Part shown: positions 18,320 through 27,429 of the stretch, one piece after another | Position numbering within the stretch: position 1 is the stretch's first letter | Layout of the letters: each line of letters begins with the position of its first letter | NCBI GenBank assembly: GCA_902785275.1 | Contig: CACZYB010000005.1 | Coordinates: 2,213-66,212, forward strand | Source of the DNA: an uncultured Pseudomonadota bacterium | GTDB lineage: Bacteria; Pseudomonadota; Alphaproteobacteria; Rs-D84; CACZYB01 | Direction: 5' to 3' | Length of the DNA stretch: 64,000 nucleotides | The notes under the pieces: model-generated | Database searches by the model: none | What the model saw: only the letters and a program-made list of their open reading frames with translations | What the model was told of the DNA's origin: nothing | Made by a program: the position numbers and the translations under genes

Positions 18320-18889
18320 ATGTTAAGTAATGATTTAATTACAATAAAGGGAAAAATATTACTTCTCGTATGTTGTGCCCCATGTTGTGCTGGCGCTGTG
18401 GATTTTATTGCAAAGCATAAATTGGATATTACTTTATTCTTCTATAATCCAAATATTTATCCCGAAGAAGAGTATATAAAAAGAAAAAACGAAGTAATTC
18501 GTCTTGCTAAACTTTACAATATTTCTTTTATTGATACGGACTATACTCCAACCGATTATCAAAAGGTAACAACAGGGCTTGGTTCTTGTCCTGAACGTGG
18601 AGAACGTTGTTTTATTTGCTTTTCGCTAAGACTTTTAAAAACTGCAATATATGCACGTGATAATGGATTTGACTATTTTACTTCGACACTTGGTTTTTCC
18701 CGCTGGAAAGATTTAAATCAGGTTGATACCGCTGGGTTTAATGTTGAAAAGAAAACAAATGTTCCGTACCTTGATGTAAATTGGCGAAAAGGTGGTATAC
18801 AGGATAGGGCTCGTCAGGTTATAAAAGAAAATTCTATATACGAACAAAATTATTGTGGTTGTATCTACAGTTTTAAAAACAAGAAATAG
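18320..18889 (+). CDS. queH: Epoxyqueuosine reductase QueH (DUF208)
   Basis: CCAPCCAG motif and C-terminal CGCIYS cysteines. Confidence 0.7.
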   Translation: MLSNDLITIKGKILLLVCCAPCCAGAVDFIAKHKLDITLFFYNPNIYPEEEYIKRKNEVIRLAKLYNISFIDTDYTPTDYQKVTTGLGSCPERGERCFICFSLRLLKTAIYARDNGFDYFTSTLGFSRWKDLNQVDTAGFNVEKKTNVPYLDVNWRKGGIQDRARQVIKENSIYEQNYCGCIYSFKNKK

Positions 18890-19039
18890 ATTTTTTATCT
18901 TCGATTCGCTATCTATTTATCTTTTTGTTTTTTCTTTATTTTAAAAATATAACAAAAACTATATATTTTATTAATTTTTACTTGATTTTAATCCTAATAA
19001 ATCTATAATCAAAAAGATTTAACATAATTAAAGGTTTTT

Positions 19040-19903
19040 GTGATGAAAGACTATAGATTAGCTGTTCATATCCATATCTTTTACAAACATATGTGGAAGG
19101 AGATAAAGTCATATCTTAACAATATTACGATTCCTTATGATTTATATGTTACATTGGTTGATGATGATAAAAATTTAATTTCCGATATAAAGATTTTTCA
19201 TAAAGAGGCAAAGGTTTGGATTGTTGAAAATCGTGGTTATGATGTTGGACCATTTATTGATTTTCTTAATAAGATAAACCTTAATGATTACGACTATATC
19301 TTAAAGTTGCATACAAAGGGGCATTCTGGAAAGAATAAATTTACTGATTTATTTAAAGAAAGATATGTTTATTTTGAGCATAAGGATTTATGGAATGATT
19401 TATTGATAAAATCTTTGGTTGGAACAAAAAATATCTTTGAAAAAAATCTAAGCCATTTTTCAAAAGATGAAAAACTTGGTATGATTGGTTCGAAGTATTT
19501 AATTTGTAATTTATCAAAATCATATAAAAAATCTTTACCTCAAATACCCGGATTAAAATATCCAAAGGCATCAGATATTAAGTTTATTGCTGGAACAATG
19601 TTTATGGTAAAAAGCCCACTTCTTCAACCAATAAAGGATAATTTTAAAATCTCAAATTTTGAGCCTACTGATGGTAAAGTAAAGGATAAAGCTTTGGCTC
19701 ATTATATCGAAAGATTGTTTGGTTGTGTTGTTTTATCTCAAGGCTGTAAAATTAAGGGGTTTGATAAATCATGGATTATGCGAATAATTCAACCTCTTAA
19801 TTTCGCAAAAAAATTCATCTTTGACTTCACAAAAACATGTCAAGGATACTATAAAATAAAAATTTTTAGAATACAAATATTGAAGTTTAAGGAGTTGTGG
19901 TAA
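19040..19903 (+). CDS. Rhamnan-synthesis protein F (RgpF)-like rhamnosyltransferase
   Basis: N-terminal AVHIHIFYKHMWKEI...PYDLYVT, typical of RgpF. It sits upstream of rmlACDB. Confidence 0.6.
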   Translation: MMKDYRLAVHIHIFYKHMWKEIKSYLNNITIPYDLYVTLVDDDKNLISDIKIFHKEAKVWIVENRGYDVGPFIDFLNKINLNDYDYILKLHTKGHSGKNKFTDLFKERYVYFEHKDLWNDLLIKSLVGTKNIFEKNLSHFSKDEKLGMIGSKYLICNLSKSYKKSLPQIPGLKYPKASDIKFIAGTMFMVKSPLLQPIKDNFKISNFEPTDGKVKDKALAHYIERLFGCVVLSQGCKIKGFDKSWIMRIIQPLNFAKKFIFDFTKTCQGYYKIKIFRIQILKFKELW

Positions 19904-20898
19904 TGAAATGTTATTTTTGTCTCACAGAACCTGATGATGCAAATTCAATATATCTTGATATGTTGTATGTTTCTCTGAAATCAGCAAGAAAAAATACATC
20001 TTTGGATTTATATGTTCTATACGATGGATCAGAAGATGGTAGGTGTTATTCCATACTAAAAGAATTTAATGTAAAAATAATAAAACATAAATTTTCTCAC
20101 AAAGATTACTTAAAAAAGACTTTCCCTGAGAATTATATTATGAAACTTTGTGGACATAAAGTTTCATATGAAAAAATTGCAGGAACTTTTATGCGTTTTG
20201 ATATACCTTTTGTAGAAAAGGAAGATGATTTTGTTTTTTATTCTGATATTGATGTTATTTTTTTAAAAGATTTTTCTCATGAAAATTTTGATAAACCTAA
20301 ATATTTAGCAGCAAGTTCGGAATGTGATAAAAATTTGAATAATATTTCTTACTTTAATGCTGGTATTATGTATTTAAATGTTAAAAATATGAGAAAAATA
20401 TCAAGCAAAGTTTTTAATATGTTAAAAAATGGGGTTAGAAATAAAAGTGGAGTTTTTGATCAGGGATATCTAAATCAACTTTGTTTTGATAAAATGACAA
20501 TTATGCCAATTGAATATAATTGGAAACCTTATTGGGGAATTGGTAAAAATGTCCATATTGTACATTTACATGCTATGAAACCAGGTGGAACATCTAAAAA
20601 TTCTGGTTTTACCATGAATGACACTATTCTCTATGAAATGTTGAAAGGTCATTTTGAAGATATTGAAGGGTATGTGTATTATTTGATTTTATATTATAAA
20701 TTACTTGGAAAAGATGGAAGTAAATGGTTATCTTCATTTATTTCTTTAATATATACGACTACAGTAAATGTACTATCCGGAAATGTAGAATCAGTTATTT
20801 ATTATAGAAAATATAGAAAATATAGAAAAATATACAAAGTTAGTTTATTGATTATAATTTTTCTACTTTTGTTTATTTGTTATAATTTAGGAGTTTAA
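19897..20898 (+). CDS. Family 8 glycosyltransferase (LPS/glycan alpha-glycosyltransferase) with a C-terminal TM anchor
   Basis: DIDVIF DxD motif and YFNAGIMYLNV. There is a C-terminal YRKYRKIYK repeat followed by a hydrophobic tail. Confidence 0.65.
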   Translation: MVMKCYFCLTEPDDANSIYLDMLYVSLKSARKNTSLDLYVLYDGSEDGRCYSILKEFNVKIIKHKFSHKDYLKKTFPENYIMKLCGHKVSYEKIAGTFMRFDIPFVEKEDDFVFYSDIDVIFLKDFSHENFDKPKYLAASSECDKNLNNISYFNAGIMYLNVKNMRKISSKVFNMLKNGVRNKSGVFDQGYLNQLCFDKMTIMPIEYNWKPYWGIGKNVHIVHLHAMKPGGTSKNSGFTMNDTILYEMLKGHFEDIEGYVYYLILYYKLLGKDGSKWLSSFISLIYTTTVNVLSGNVESVIYYRKYRKYRKIYKVSLLIIIFLLLFICYNLGV

Positions 20899-20899
20899 A

Positions 20900-21739
20900 A
20901 TGCAAAAAAAAATATTAACAGTTATTGTAACATCATATAACTATGAAAAATATATAAAAGAAAATTTGGATGCTTTAACTAATCAAACCTGCAAAGATTT
21001 TGATATTATTGTAATAGATGATGGTTCTTCTGATAATAGTGTTAATATTATAAAAAAATATTTAAAGAGACATAAAAACATAAAATTTTTACAACATGAA
21101 AATGGTGTAAATAAAGGGTTGTGTAAAACAACATTGGTTGCTTTGGAACATGTCGATACAGAATACGTCGCTTTTTGTGAATCTGATGATTATTGGGATA
21201 TCGATCATGTTAAAAATTTATTATCTTTTATAAAAAAACATCCAGAGGCAAATATGATTTTTAATAAATTAGAAGTTAAAAATTATTCAAGTAATCCAGA
21301 ATATGATAGTTATACAAATTCGACAAATATATCTTTAGCAAAATTAAGTGGAACAAATATTTTTAAACTTATGACATCTAATTATATGCCAACGTTTAGT
21401 TCTGCTTGTATAAAAACATCAGAGTTAAAGAAGTGTGATTTTAATTCATTTTATCCTCAGTATCTAGATTTTTGGTTATGGAGGCAATTATGTTTAAAAA
21501 ACAAAATCTTTTTTGTAGATAATTCTATATCATATTGGCGCAAACATAATGAAAGTTATGATATGAAGGATAATATAAAGGATACAAAAAGTTTTTTAAT
21601 TGCATCTAATAATATTATATTAAAAAATTTAAACGTTAGCTTTATAACTAATTTAAAGTTAAACTTGTTTCGTTTTATTCTTTGTAAAAAATTATTTATA
21701 AAAAGACAAATAAAATTTATTATAAAGTATTACAGCTAG
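20900..21739 (+). CDS. Family 2 glycosyltransferase
   Basis: LTVIVTSYNYEKYI...IIVIDDGSSDNS motif. An A9 tract lies at codons 2-5. Confidence 0.7.
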   Translation: MQKKILTVIVTSYNYEKYIKENLDALTNQTCKDFDIIVIDDGSSDNSVNIIKKYLKRHKNIKFLQHENGVNKGLCKTTLVALEHVDTEYVAFCESDDYWDIDHVKNLLSFIKKHPEANMIFNKLEVKNYSSNPEYDSYTNSTNISLAKLSGTNIFKLMTSNYMPTFSSACIKTSELKKCDFNSFYPQYLDFWLWRQLCLKNKIFFVDNSISYWRKHNESYDMKDNIKDTKSFLIASNNIILKNLNVSFITNLKLNLFRFILCKKLFIKRQIKFIIKYYS

Positions 21740-21848
21740 TTCAACATAATCGTTTATTTATGTTGATTTTATTCCTATTGAGTTTTATAATTACTCAACA
21801 GTAATTGGTGGTTTAAATAATTCAACACAAATGAAAGGATTTATACAA

Positions 21849-22736
21849 ATGAAAGGTATTTTGCTTGCAGGGGGAAGTGGTACAAGATTGTATCCTTTAA
21901 CAAAAACTATGTCAAAACAATTACTTCCTGTTTATGATAAACCTATGGTTTACTATCCTCTATCAACATTGATGTTGTTTGGAATAAAAGATATTTTGAT
22001 AATCTCTACACCAAAGGATACTCCTAATATTGAAAATTTGTTTGGTGATGGTTCAAAGCTTGGTTTGAATATACAATATAAGGTTCAAGAAAAGCCAAAT
22101 GGTATTGCCGAAGCTTTTGTTTTAGGTGCTGACTTTGTTGGTGATGATGATGTATGCTTAATCCTTGGTGATAATATTTTTTATATGGGTGACCAATTCC
22201 ATACCTTCCGTGATGAAGTTGAAGAAAATAAAGGTAAGAAAGCAACAGTATTTGCATATCATGTTTCTGATCCTGAACGTTTTGGTGTTGTTGAATTTGA
22301 TAAAGATTTTAATGTTATTTCCATTGAAGAAAAACCTGCAAAACCAAAATCAAATTATGCATCTGTTGGACTTTATTTTTATCCAGGCGATGTTGTAAAA
22401 AAGGCAAAAAGTTTGAAACCATCTGCACGTGGCGAACTTGAAATTACAGACTTAAACAATCTTTACCTTGATGAAAAAAGATTGTCCGTCGTTCCAATGC
22501 GTCGTGGTAATGCTTGGCTTGATGCAGGAACTCCTGATAGTCTTATGGATGCGGGTCAGTTTGTTCAGATTATTGAAAAACGTCAAGCTTTGAAAATCGC
22601 ATGTATTGAGGAGATTGCATATCGTCGTGGTTTTATTAATGATGAACAATTACTTGCTTTAATTGATGAATTAAAGGCTGGTACATATAAAAGTTATTTA
22701 ATGAAAGTATATAGGGAAAAACATGAACTTTATTAA
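21849..22736 (+). CDS. rmlA: Glucose-1-phosphate thymidylyltransferase
   Basis: MKGILLAGGSGTRLYPLT. The second ATG has an AAAGGA RBS (the track ORF starts at 21831). Confidence 0.9.
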   Translation: MKGILLAGGSGTRLYPLTKTMSKQLLPVYDKPMVYYPLSTLMLFGIKDILIISTPKDTPNIENLFGDGSKLGLNIQYKVQEKPNGIAEAFVLGADFVGDDDVCLILGDNIFYMGDQFHTFRDEVEENKGKKATVFAYHVSDPERFGVVEFDKDFNVISIEEKPAKPKSNYASVGLYFYPGDVVKKAKSLKPSARGELEITDLNNLYLDEKRLSVVPMRRGNAWLDAGTPDSLMDAGQFVQIIEKRQALKIACIEEIAYRRGFINDEQLLALIDELKAGTYKSYLMKVYREKHELY

Positions 22737-23280
22737 AACTGATATTGATGGTGTTATAATTGTTGAACCTCGTTTATTTGAGGATGAAAGAGGTTATTTC
22801 TTTGAAAGTTATAACGAAGAAGAATTTGTAAAAAATGGTATTACAAACAAGTTTGTTCAAGATAATCAATCAAAATCTTCTTATGGTGTAATTCGTGGAC
22901 TTCATTGTCAACTTGGCGAACATGCACAGGCAAAGTTAGTTCGTGTTTTACAAGGAAAGGTTCTTGATGTTGCTGTTGATATAAGAAAGGGGTCTCCAAC
23001 ATTTGGTAAACATGTCGCTGTTGAACTTTCTGCTGAAAATAACAGACAGCTTTTTATGCCACGTGGATTTTTGCACGGTTTTGCAGTGTTAAGCGATACT
23101 GCAATTTTTGCATATAAATGTGATAACCTTTATTGTAAAGCTTCAGAATTTGGCATTCGTTATGATGATCCTGAAATTGGTATTAAGTGGCCTATTGAAA
23201 AGGATAAAATTGTTACATCAGAAAAAGATAGATTGGCAAATAAATTACAAGATATTTTGGATATGTATGAAAAGGAGTAA
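22723..23280 (+). CDS. rmlC: dTDP-4-dehydrorhamnose 3,5-epimerase
   Basis: Cupin motifs RGLHCQ, PRGFLHGF. Confidence 0.9.
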   Translation: MNFIKTDIDGVIIVEPRLFEDERGYFFESYNEEEFVKNGITNKFVQDNQSKSSYGVIRGLHCQLGEHAQAKLVRVLQGKVLDVAVDIRKGSPTFGKHVAVELSAENNRQLFMPRGFLHGFAVLSDTAIFAYKCDNLYCKASEFGIRYDDPEIGIKWPIEKDKIVTSEKDRLANKLQDILDMYEKE

Positions 23281-23282
23281 AA

Positions 23283-24104
23283 ATGATTTTAGTAACTGGA
23301 GGTAATGGACAGCTTGGAACTGAACTTTCAAAACTTTTGCCTGATGCAATTTTCACAGATGTTGCTGCTTTGGATATTACTGATGAACAGGCTGTACTTG
23401 ATTTTGTTAAATCTCATAATGTCGATACTATTGTAAACTGTGCTGCATATACTGCAGTTGATAATGCAGAGGATAATGTTGAACTCGCAACGAAAATAAA
23501 TGTTGATGGGCCAAGAAATCTTGCAAAAACAGGTGCAAAAGTTATCCATATTTCAACAGATTATGTTTTTGATGGTATGGGACATAAACCATATACCCCA
23601 GCTGATAAAACAAATCCTATTTCTGTTTATGGAAAAACAAAGCTTGCTGGGGAACAGACTGTTTCTGAAAATGCAGATGTTTATGCAATCATAAGAACTG
23701 CTTGGCTTTATTCTCCTTATGGTAAAAACTTTGTAAAAACTATGCGTATGCTTGGTGAAACAAAAGAAAGTATAAATGTTGTTTGTGATCAGATTGGCAC
23801 ACCAACCTATGCTGGTGATTTGGCAGAAGCTATTGTAAAAATCATTCCTCAATTATCAAAGGAAAATAGTGGACTTTACCATTTTACAAATGAAGGTGTT
23901 TGTTCATGGTATGATTTTTCAAGCGAAATTATGGAACAATCTGGATTAAAATGTAAGGTTAATCCTGTTCCATCATCAGCTTATCCTACAAAGGCAACAC
24001 GCCCATTTTACAGTGTACTTGATAAGTCAAAAATAAAAGAAACTTTTGGTATAGAAATAACTCATTGGAAGAAAGGATTGGAAAAATGTCTAAAACAATT
24101 TTAG
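23283..24104 (+). CDS. rmlD: dTDP-4-dehydrorhamnose reductase
   Basis: MILVTGGNGQLG Rossmann motif and an STDYVFDG motif. Confidence 0.85.
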   Translation: MILVTGGNGQLGTELSKLLPDAIFTDVAALDITDEQAVLDFVKSHNVDTIVNCAAYTAVDNAEDNVELATKINVDGPRNLAKTGAKVIHISTDYVFDGMGHKPYTPADKTNPISVYGKTKLAGEQTVSENADVYAIIRTAWLYSPYGKNFVKTMRMLGETKESINVVCDQIGTPTYAGDLAEAIVKIIPQLSKENSGLYHFTNEGVCSWYDFSSEIMEQSGLKCKVNPVPSSAYPTKATRPFYSVLDKSKIKETFGIEITHWKKGLEKCLKQF

Positions 24105-25096
24105 TAACTGGCGGTGCTGGATTTATTGGTTCAAATTTTGTACCATATTTCACACAAAAATATCCTGAATATCATATCATAAATCTTGATAAACTTACAT
24201 ATGCAGGAAATCTTGATAATGTACGTGAATGTGAAGGTATGGTAAATTATACCTTTGTAAAAGGCGATATTTGTGATAGAAAACTTATCGAAGAACTATT
24301 CGATAAATATGATATTCGTGGTGTAATTCACTTTGCCGCTGAATCTCATGTTGATAACTCAATTAAAAATCCATTTGCTTTTATCCAAACAAATATTGAA
24401 GGAACATTTACATTGATTGATGTTGCATATCATCATTGGATGGATGCTCCTAATAAAGTAAAAGCAGGATACGAAGATTGTCGTTTCCATCACATTTCAA
24501 CTGATGAAGTTTATGGTACATTAGAGTTTGGTAAAGGTATGTTTACAGAAGATACTCACTATGCTCCAAACAGTCCATATTCTGCATCAAAGGCAAGTTC
24601 AGACTTCGTTGTTCGTGCATATCATCATACATTTGGTATGAATACAACAACATCAAATTGCTCAAACAACTATGGTCCAAAACAACACAGTGAAAAACTT
24701 ATCCCAACAATTATCCGCAAGTGTTTAGCTGGGGAAAGCATTCCTGTTTATGGTAATGGAAAGAATATTCGTGATTGGTTGTATGTACTTGATCACTGCA
24801 AGGCAATTGATTTAATCTTCCATAAGGGAGTTTCTGGTGAAACATATAATGTCGGTGGAAGAAATGAACGAAATAACATTACTATTGTTGAAACAATTTG
24901 TAAGATTTTGGATGAAAAACGTCCTCGTAAAGAAGGTAAATATTCAGACTTGATTACATTTGTTCAGGATCGTGCCGGTCATGACCTTCGTTATGCAATC
25001 GATGCAACAAAGTTGGAAACACAACTCGGTTGGCGTGCCGATGAAACTTTTGATACAGGTATCATCAAAACAGTAGAATGGTACTTAAATAAATAA
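24086..25096 (+). CDS. rmlB: dTDP-glucose 4,6-dehydratase
   Basis: ILVTGGAGFIGS, YSASKASSD catalytic motif. The start is at the internal ATG with an RBS (the track ORF starts at 24065). Confidence 0.9.
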   Translation: MSKTILVTGGAGFIGSNFVPYFTQKYPEYHIINLDKLTYAGNLDNVRECEGMVNYTFVKGDICDRKLIEELFDKYDIRGVIHFAAESHVDNSIKNPFAFIQTNIEGTFTLIDVAYHHWMDAPNKVKAGYEDCRFHHISTDEVYGTLEFGKGMFTEDTHYAPNSPYSASKASSDFVVRAYHHTFGMNTTTSNCSNNYGPKQHSEKLIPTIIRKCLAGESIPVYGNGKNIRDWLYVLDHCKAIDLIFHKGVSGETYNVGGRNERNNITIVETICKILDEKRPRKEGKYSDLITFVQDRAGHDLRYAIDATKLETQLGWRADETFDTGIIKTVEWYLNK

Positions 25097-25108
25097 GAAA
25101 TAAAATAA

Positions 25109-25138
25109 AACCTCCATAAAACGAGGGTTATTTTTTTT
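25109..25138 (+). terminator. Intrinsic terminator after rmlB (CCTC-CATAAAAC-GAGG + T8)
   Basis: Hairpin plus T-run. Confidence 0.55.
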
Positions 25139-25215
25139 GCTATAATTAAAGTTTAAATTCATATTGCAAATGACGTTTTTATTGATATAATGGCTCGAAA
25201 TAAAAGGGAGTAATT

Positions 25216-26352
25216 ATGGAAATTTTACGTCATATTTGTTTATTATTTTTAAGTTCTTATATCATTTGGAAGGTTTGTGATTCTTTTCAACAGGCCTCTC
25301 GTTTCTTAGGTCGACATATGCCAAACGGAACTCGTGGTGCAACTATTAATGCGATAGGAAGTTCTTTCCCTGAATTTATAACATCATTTATTGCTATATT
25401 CGAGTATTCAAAAAATGATGGCGCAATGTTCGGTATAAGTAATACTACGGGGAGTGTTGTTTATAACATAACAATAATTCCATTTTTTGTGATATTTGCA
25501 TGTCTTATTTTTAAAAATTTACACAAGATAAAATTTGATAAAATAATTCTTATTCGTGATGGAGTATTTTTGATAACTACTCAAGTTTATCTTATGATGG
25601 TGCTTTCATCCGGAACAATAAGTATCTCATCTTCGCTTATCTTAATAGCTTTTTATGTTTTGTATTTGATTATTATTTTTAATTATCCAAAGCGTGCGAA
25701 GAATAAAGAGAAAACTGTGGATGATTTTTCACTTAAAAATTCAAAGCACATAGTTGTTGCTGTAAAAGACATGGATCTATTCAGAATATTTTTCGGCAAG
25801 TCGGAAAAGCAAAATTTTCTTAATTCCATGATAGTTCTTTTTTTAAGTATAGTGATTTTTTACTTTATGTGTGATATTCTTGTTTCAAGCAGTTATGCAT
25901 TAAGTTCTATTTTGAATGTTCCAAGTTATCTTGTCGCAATGACTGTAACAGCCCTTGCAACATCAGTTCCTGATACAATACTTTCAGTAAAGGATGCAAG
26001 AGCAGGGGAGTTTGATGATGCAATAACAAATGCCTTTGGTTCAAATATTTTTAATATAAGTTTTTGTATTGGCTTTCCTATATTTATCTATAACTTGCTT
26101 TATAACTCAAATTTGAATTTAAGCCTTACTTCAATAGATAGTATCAATCATCTTAAAAATATAAGTATTTTTTTGGTAATATTGGTTGTTGGAACTTTTA
26201 TTATAAAAAAGATAAGTTGGATTACAAAAGGTTTAATAATGCTCCTTGCCTATATAGCATTCTTAACATACGTCGGTTTGGAAATTGATAATTTTCATTC
26301 AAAAGATGAGACTATGCAACATCATCGTTATTTGGCGAATTTTTCTTCATAA
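25216..26352 (+). CDS. Ca2+/cation antiporter family membrane protein (CaCA / YrbG-like)
   Basis: Alpha-repeat motif GSSFPEF and about 10 TM segments. A TTGCAA-16-TATAAT promoter lies upstream. Confidence 0.55.
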   Translation: MEILRHICLLFLSSYIIWKVCDSFQQASRFLGRHMPNGTRGATINAIGSSFPEFITSFIAIFEYSKNDGAMFGISNTTGSVVYNITIIPFFVIFACLIFKNLHKIKFDKIILIRDGVFLITTQVYLMMVLSSGTISISSSLILIAFYVLYLIIIFNYPKRAKNKEKTVDDFSLKNSKHIVVAVKDMDLFRIFFGKSEKQNFLNSMIVLFLSIVIFYFMCDILVSSSYALSSILNVPSYLVAMTVTALATSVPDTILSVKDARAGEFDDAITNAFGSNIFNISFCIGFPIFIYNLLYNSNLNLSLTSIDSINHLKNISIFLVILVVGTFIIKKISWITKGLIMLLAYIAFLTYVGLEIDNFHSKDETMQHHRYLANFSS

Positions 26353-26791
26353 AATCGGACATAGAAATAACATTGCTGTCTTCATCAGAATATGAAAGCT
26401 CAGGTTCAACTTCTTCTATATGAATTTCCTCATCTGTAGGATTAAATGAAAGAGAGAAATTAGCCTCCGGATCAGAGAAAGCAACCAAAGAAGAAAATGG
26501 TACAATTATGTGATAGTTGTGATTACTAAACGATAATGTTACACCAAATTCTTTTTCTGATACGGAAAGATTCGAATATTCATGTTGAATAATAATAGTT
26601 AATGTTTCAGGATATTGCTTTTTCAAAAATTCAGGAACCACAACACCCCAAGCATTAGTTTTAAATGTAAGGTAAAAGTAATGACCATCCAAAAGTCCAT
26701 TCACAGCCGCCTGTTCCAAAGCGTTTTTCACAACAGAAAGAAGAGCTTTATCAAGCATATTGTTATAATTAAGATAACCATTATTTTTCAT
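26312..26791 (-). CDS. SspB-like ClpXP adaptor (stringent starvation protein B family)
   Basis: N-terminal ALEQAA..NGLLDGHYFYLTFKT...VVVP...IIIQHEY.NL follows the SspB pattern, and there is an acidic C-terminal tail. Confidence 0.4.
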   Translation of the reverse strand: MKNNGYLNYNNMLDKALLSVVKNALEQAAVNGLLDGHYFYLTFKTNAWGVVVPEFLKKQYPETLTIIIQHEYSNLSVSEKEFGVTLSFSNHNYHIIVPFSSLVAFSDPEANFSLSFNPTDEEIHIEEVEPELSYSDEDSNVISMSDFMKKNSPNNDDVA

Positions 26792-26918
26792 TTTTACATC
26801 TCCTTTTACCTGTAATCAAATATAAAACAAAGAAAAAATATTTGCAATAAAACTTTATACTTTCCTTTTTCGAAAAAATATTATATATTATACGGCATAT
26901 TAAATAAAGGACTTTATT

Positions 26919-27380
26919 ATGAAAGATTTAAAAATAGAAGAAATTACGCTTAATACCAGAGTTGCTGCGGTTCAATGCTCTTATTCCGTATTATTTATGG
27001 GTGAAAAACTGACAGCAAAAACAATGAAATATTTTAGAACAAAATCATTTTTATCGGAACAGGATACTGTTGATAACAAACAGATTGAAGTAAATGCAAA
27101 ACTTTTTGCCTATTTGGTAAAGGGGGTTATTAAAAATCAAGAAACATTGGATAAGGAAATTTCAAAGTATCTAAAGGTTGAACTTTCCAAAAATGATAGT
27201 TTGATTGTTTCAATCATTCGTGCCGGAACATTCGAGCTTTTGTTTAGGGATAATACTCCTGCACCAATCGTTATTTCCGAATATACAAAGATAGCAAACA
27301 AATTCTATTCTGAAAAAAAGACTGCACTTGTTAATGCAGTACTTGATAAAATTGCAAAGTCAAAATCAAAACCAGAGTAA
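26919..27380 (+). CDS. nusB: Transcription antitermination factor NusB
   Basis: 153 aa, all-helical, and the residue pattern is consistent with NusB. Confidence 0.6.
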   Translation: MKDLKIEEITLNTRVAAVQCSYSVLFMGEKLTAKTMKYFRTKSFLSEQDTVDNKQIEVNAKLFAYLVKGVIKNQETLDKEISKYLKVELSKNDSLIVSIIRAGTFELLFRDNTPAPIVISEYTKIANKFYSEKKTALVNAVLDKIAKSKSKPE

Positions 27381-27429
27381 ATATCATTACTTTAAAAAAT
27401 TACCCCCTTTTTTTTACAGGGGGTGTTTT

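Noticed and set aside
20806-20835. aaatataga 9-bp tandem repeat (YRKYRK) near the 3' end of the GT8 gene as a phase-variation switch
   Set aside because: The unit length is a multiple of three and the repeat is near the C-terminus. Copy changes stay in frame and would not switch expression.
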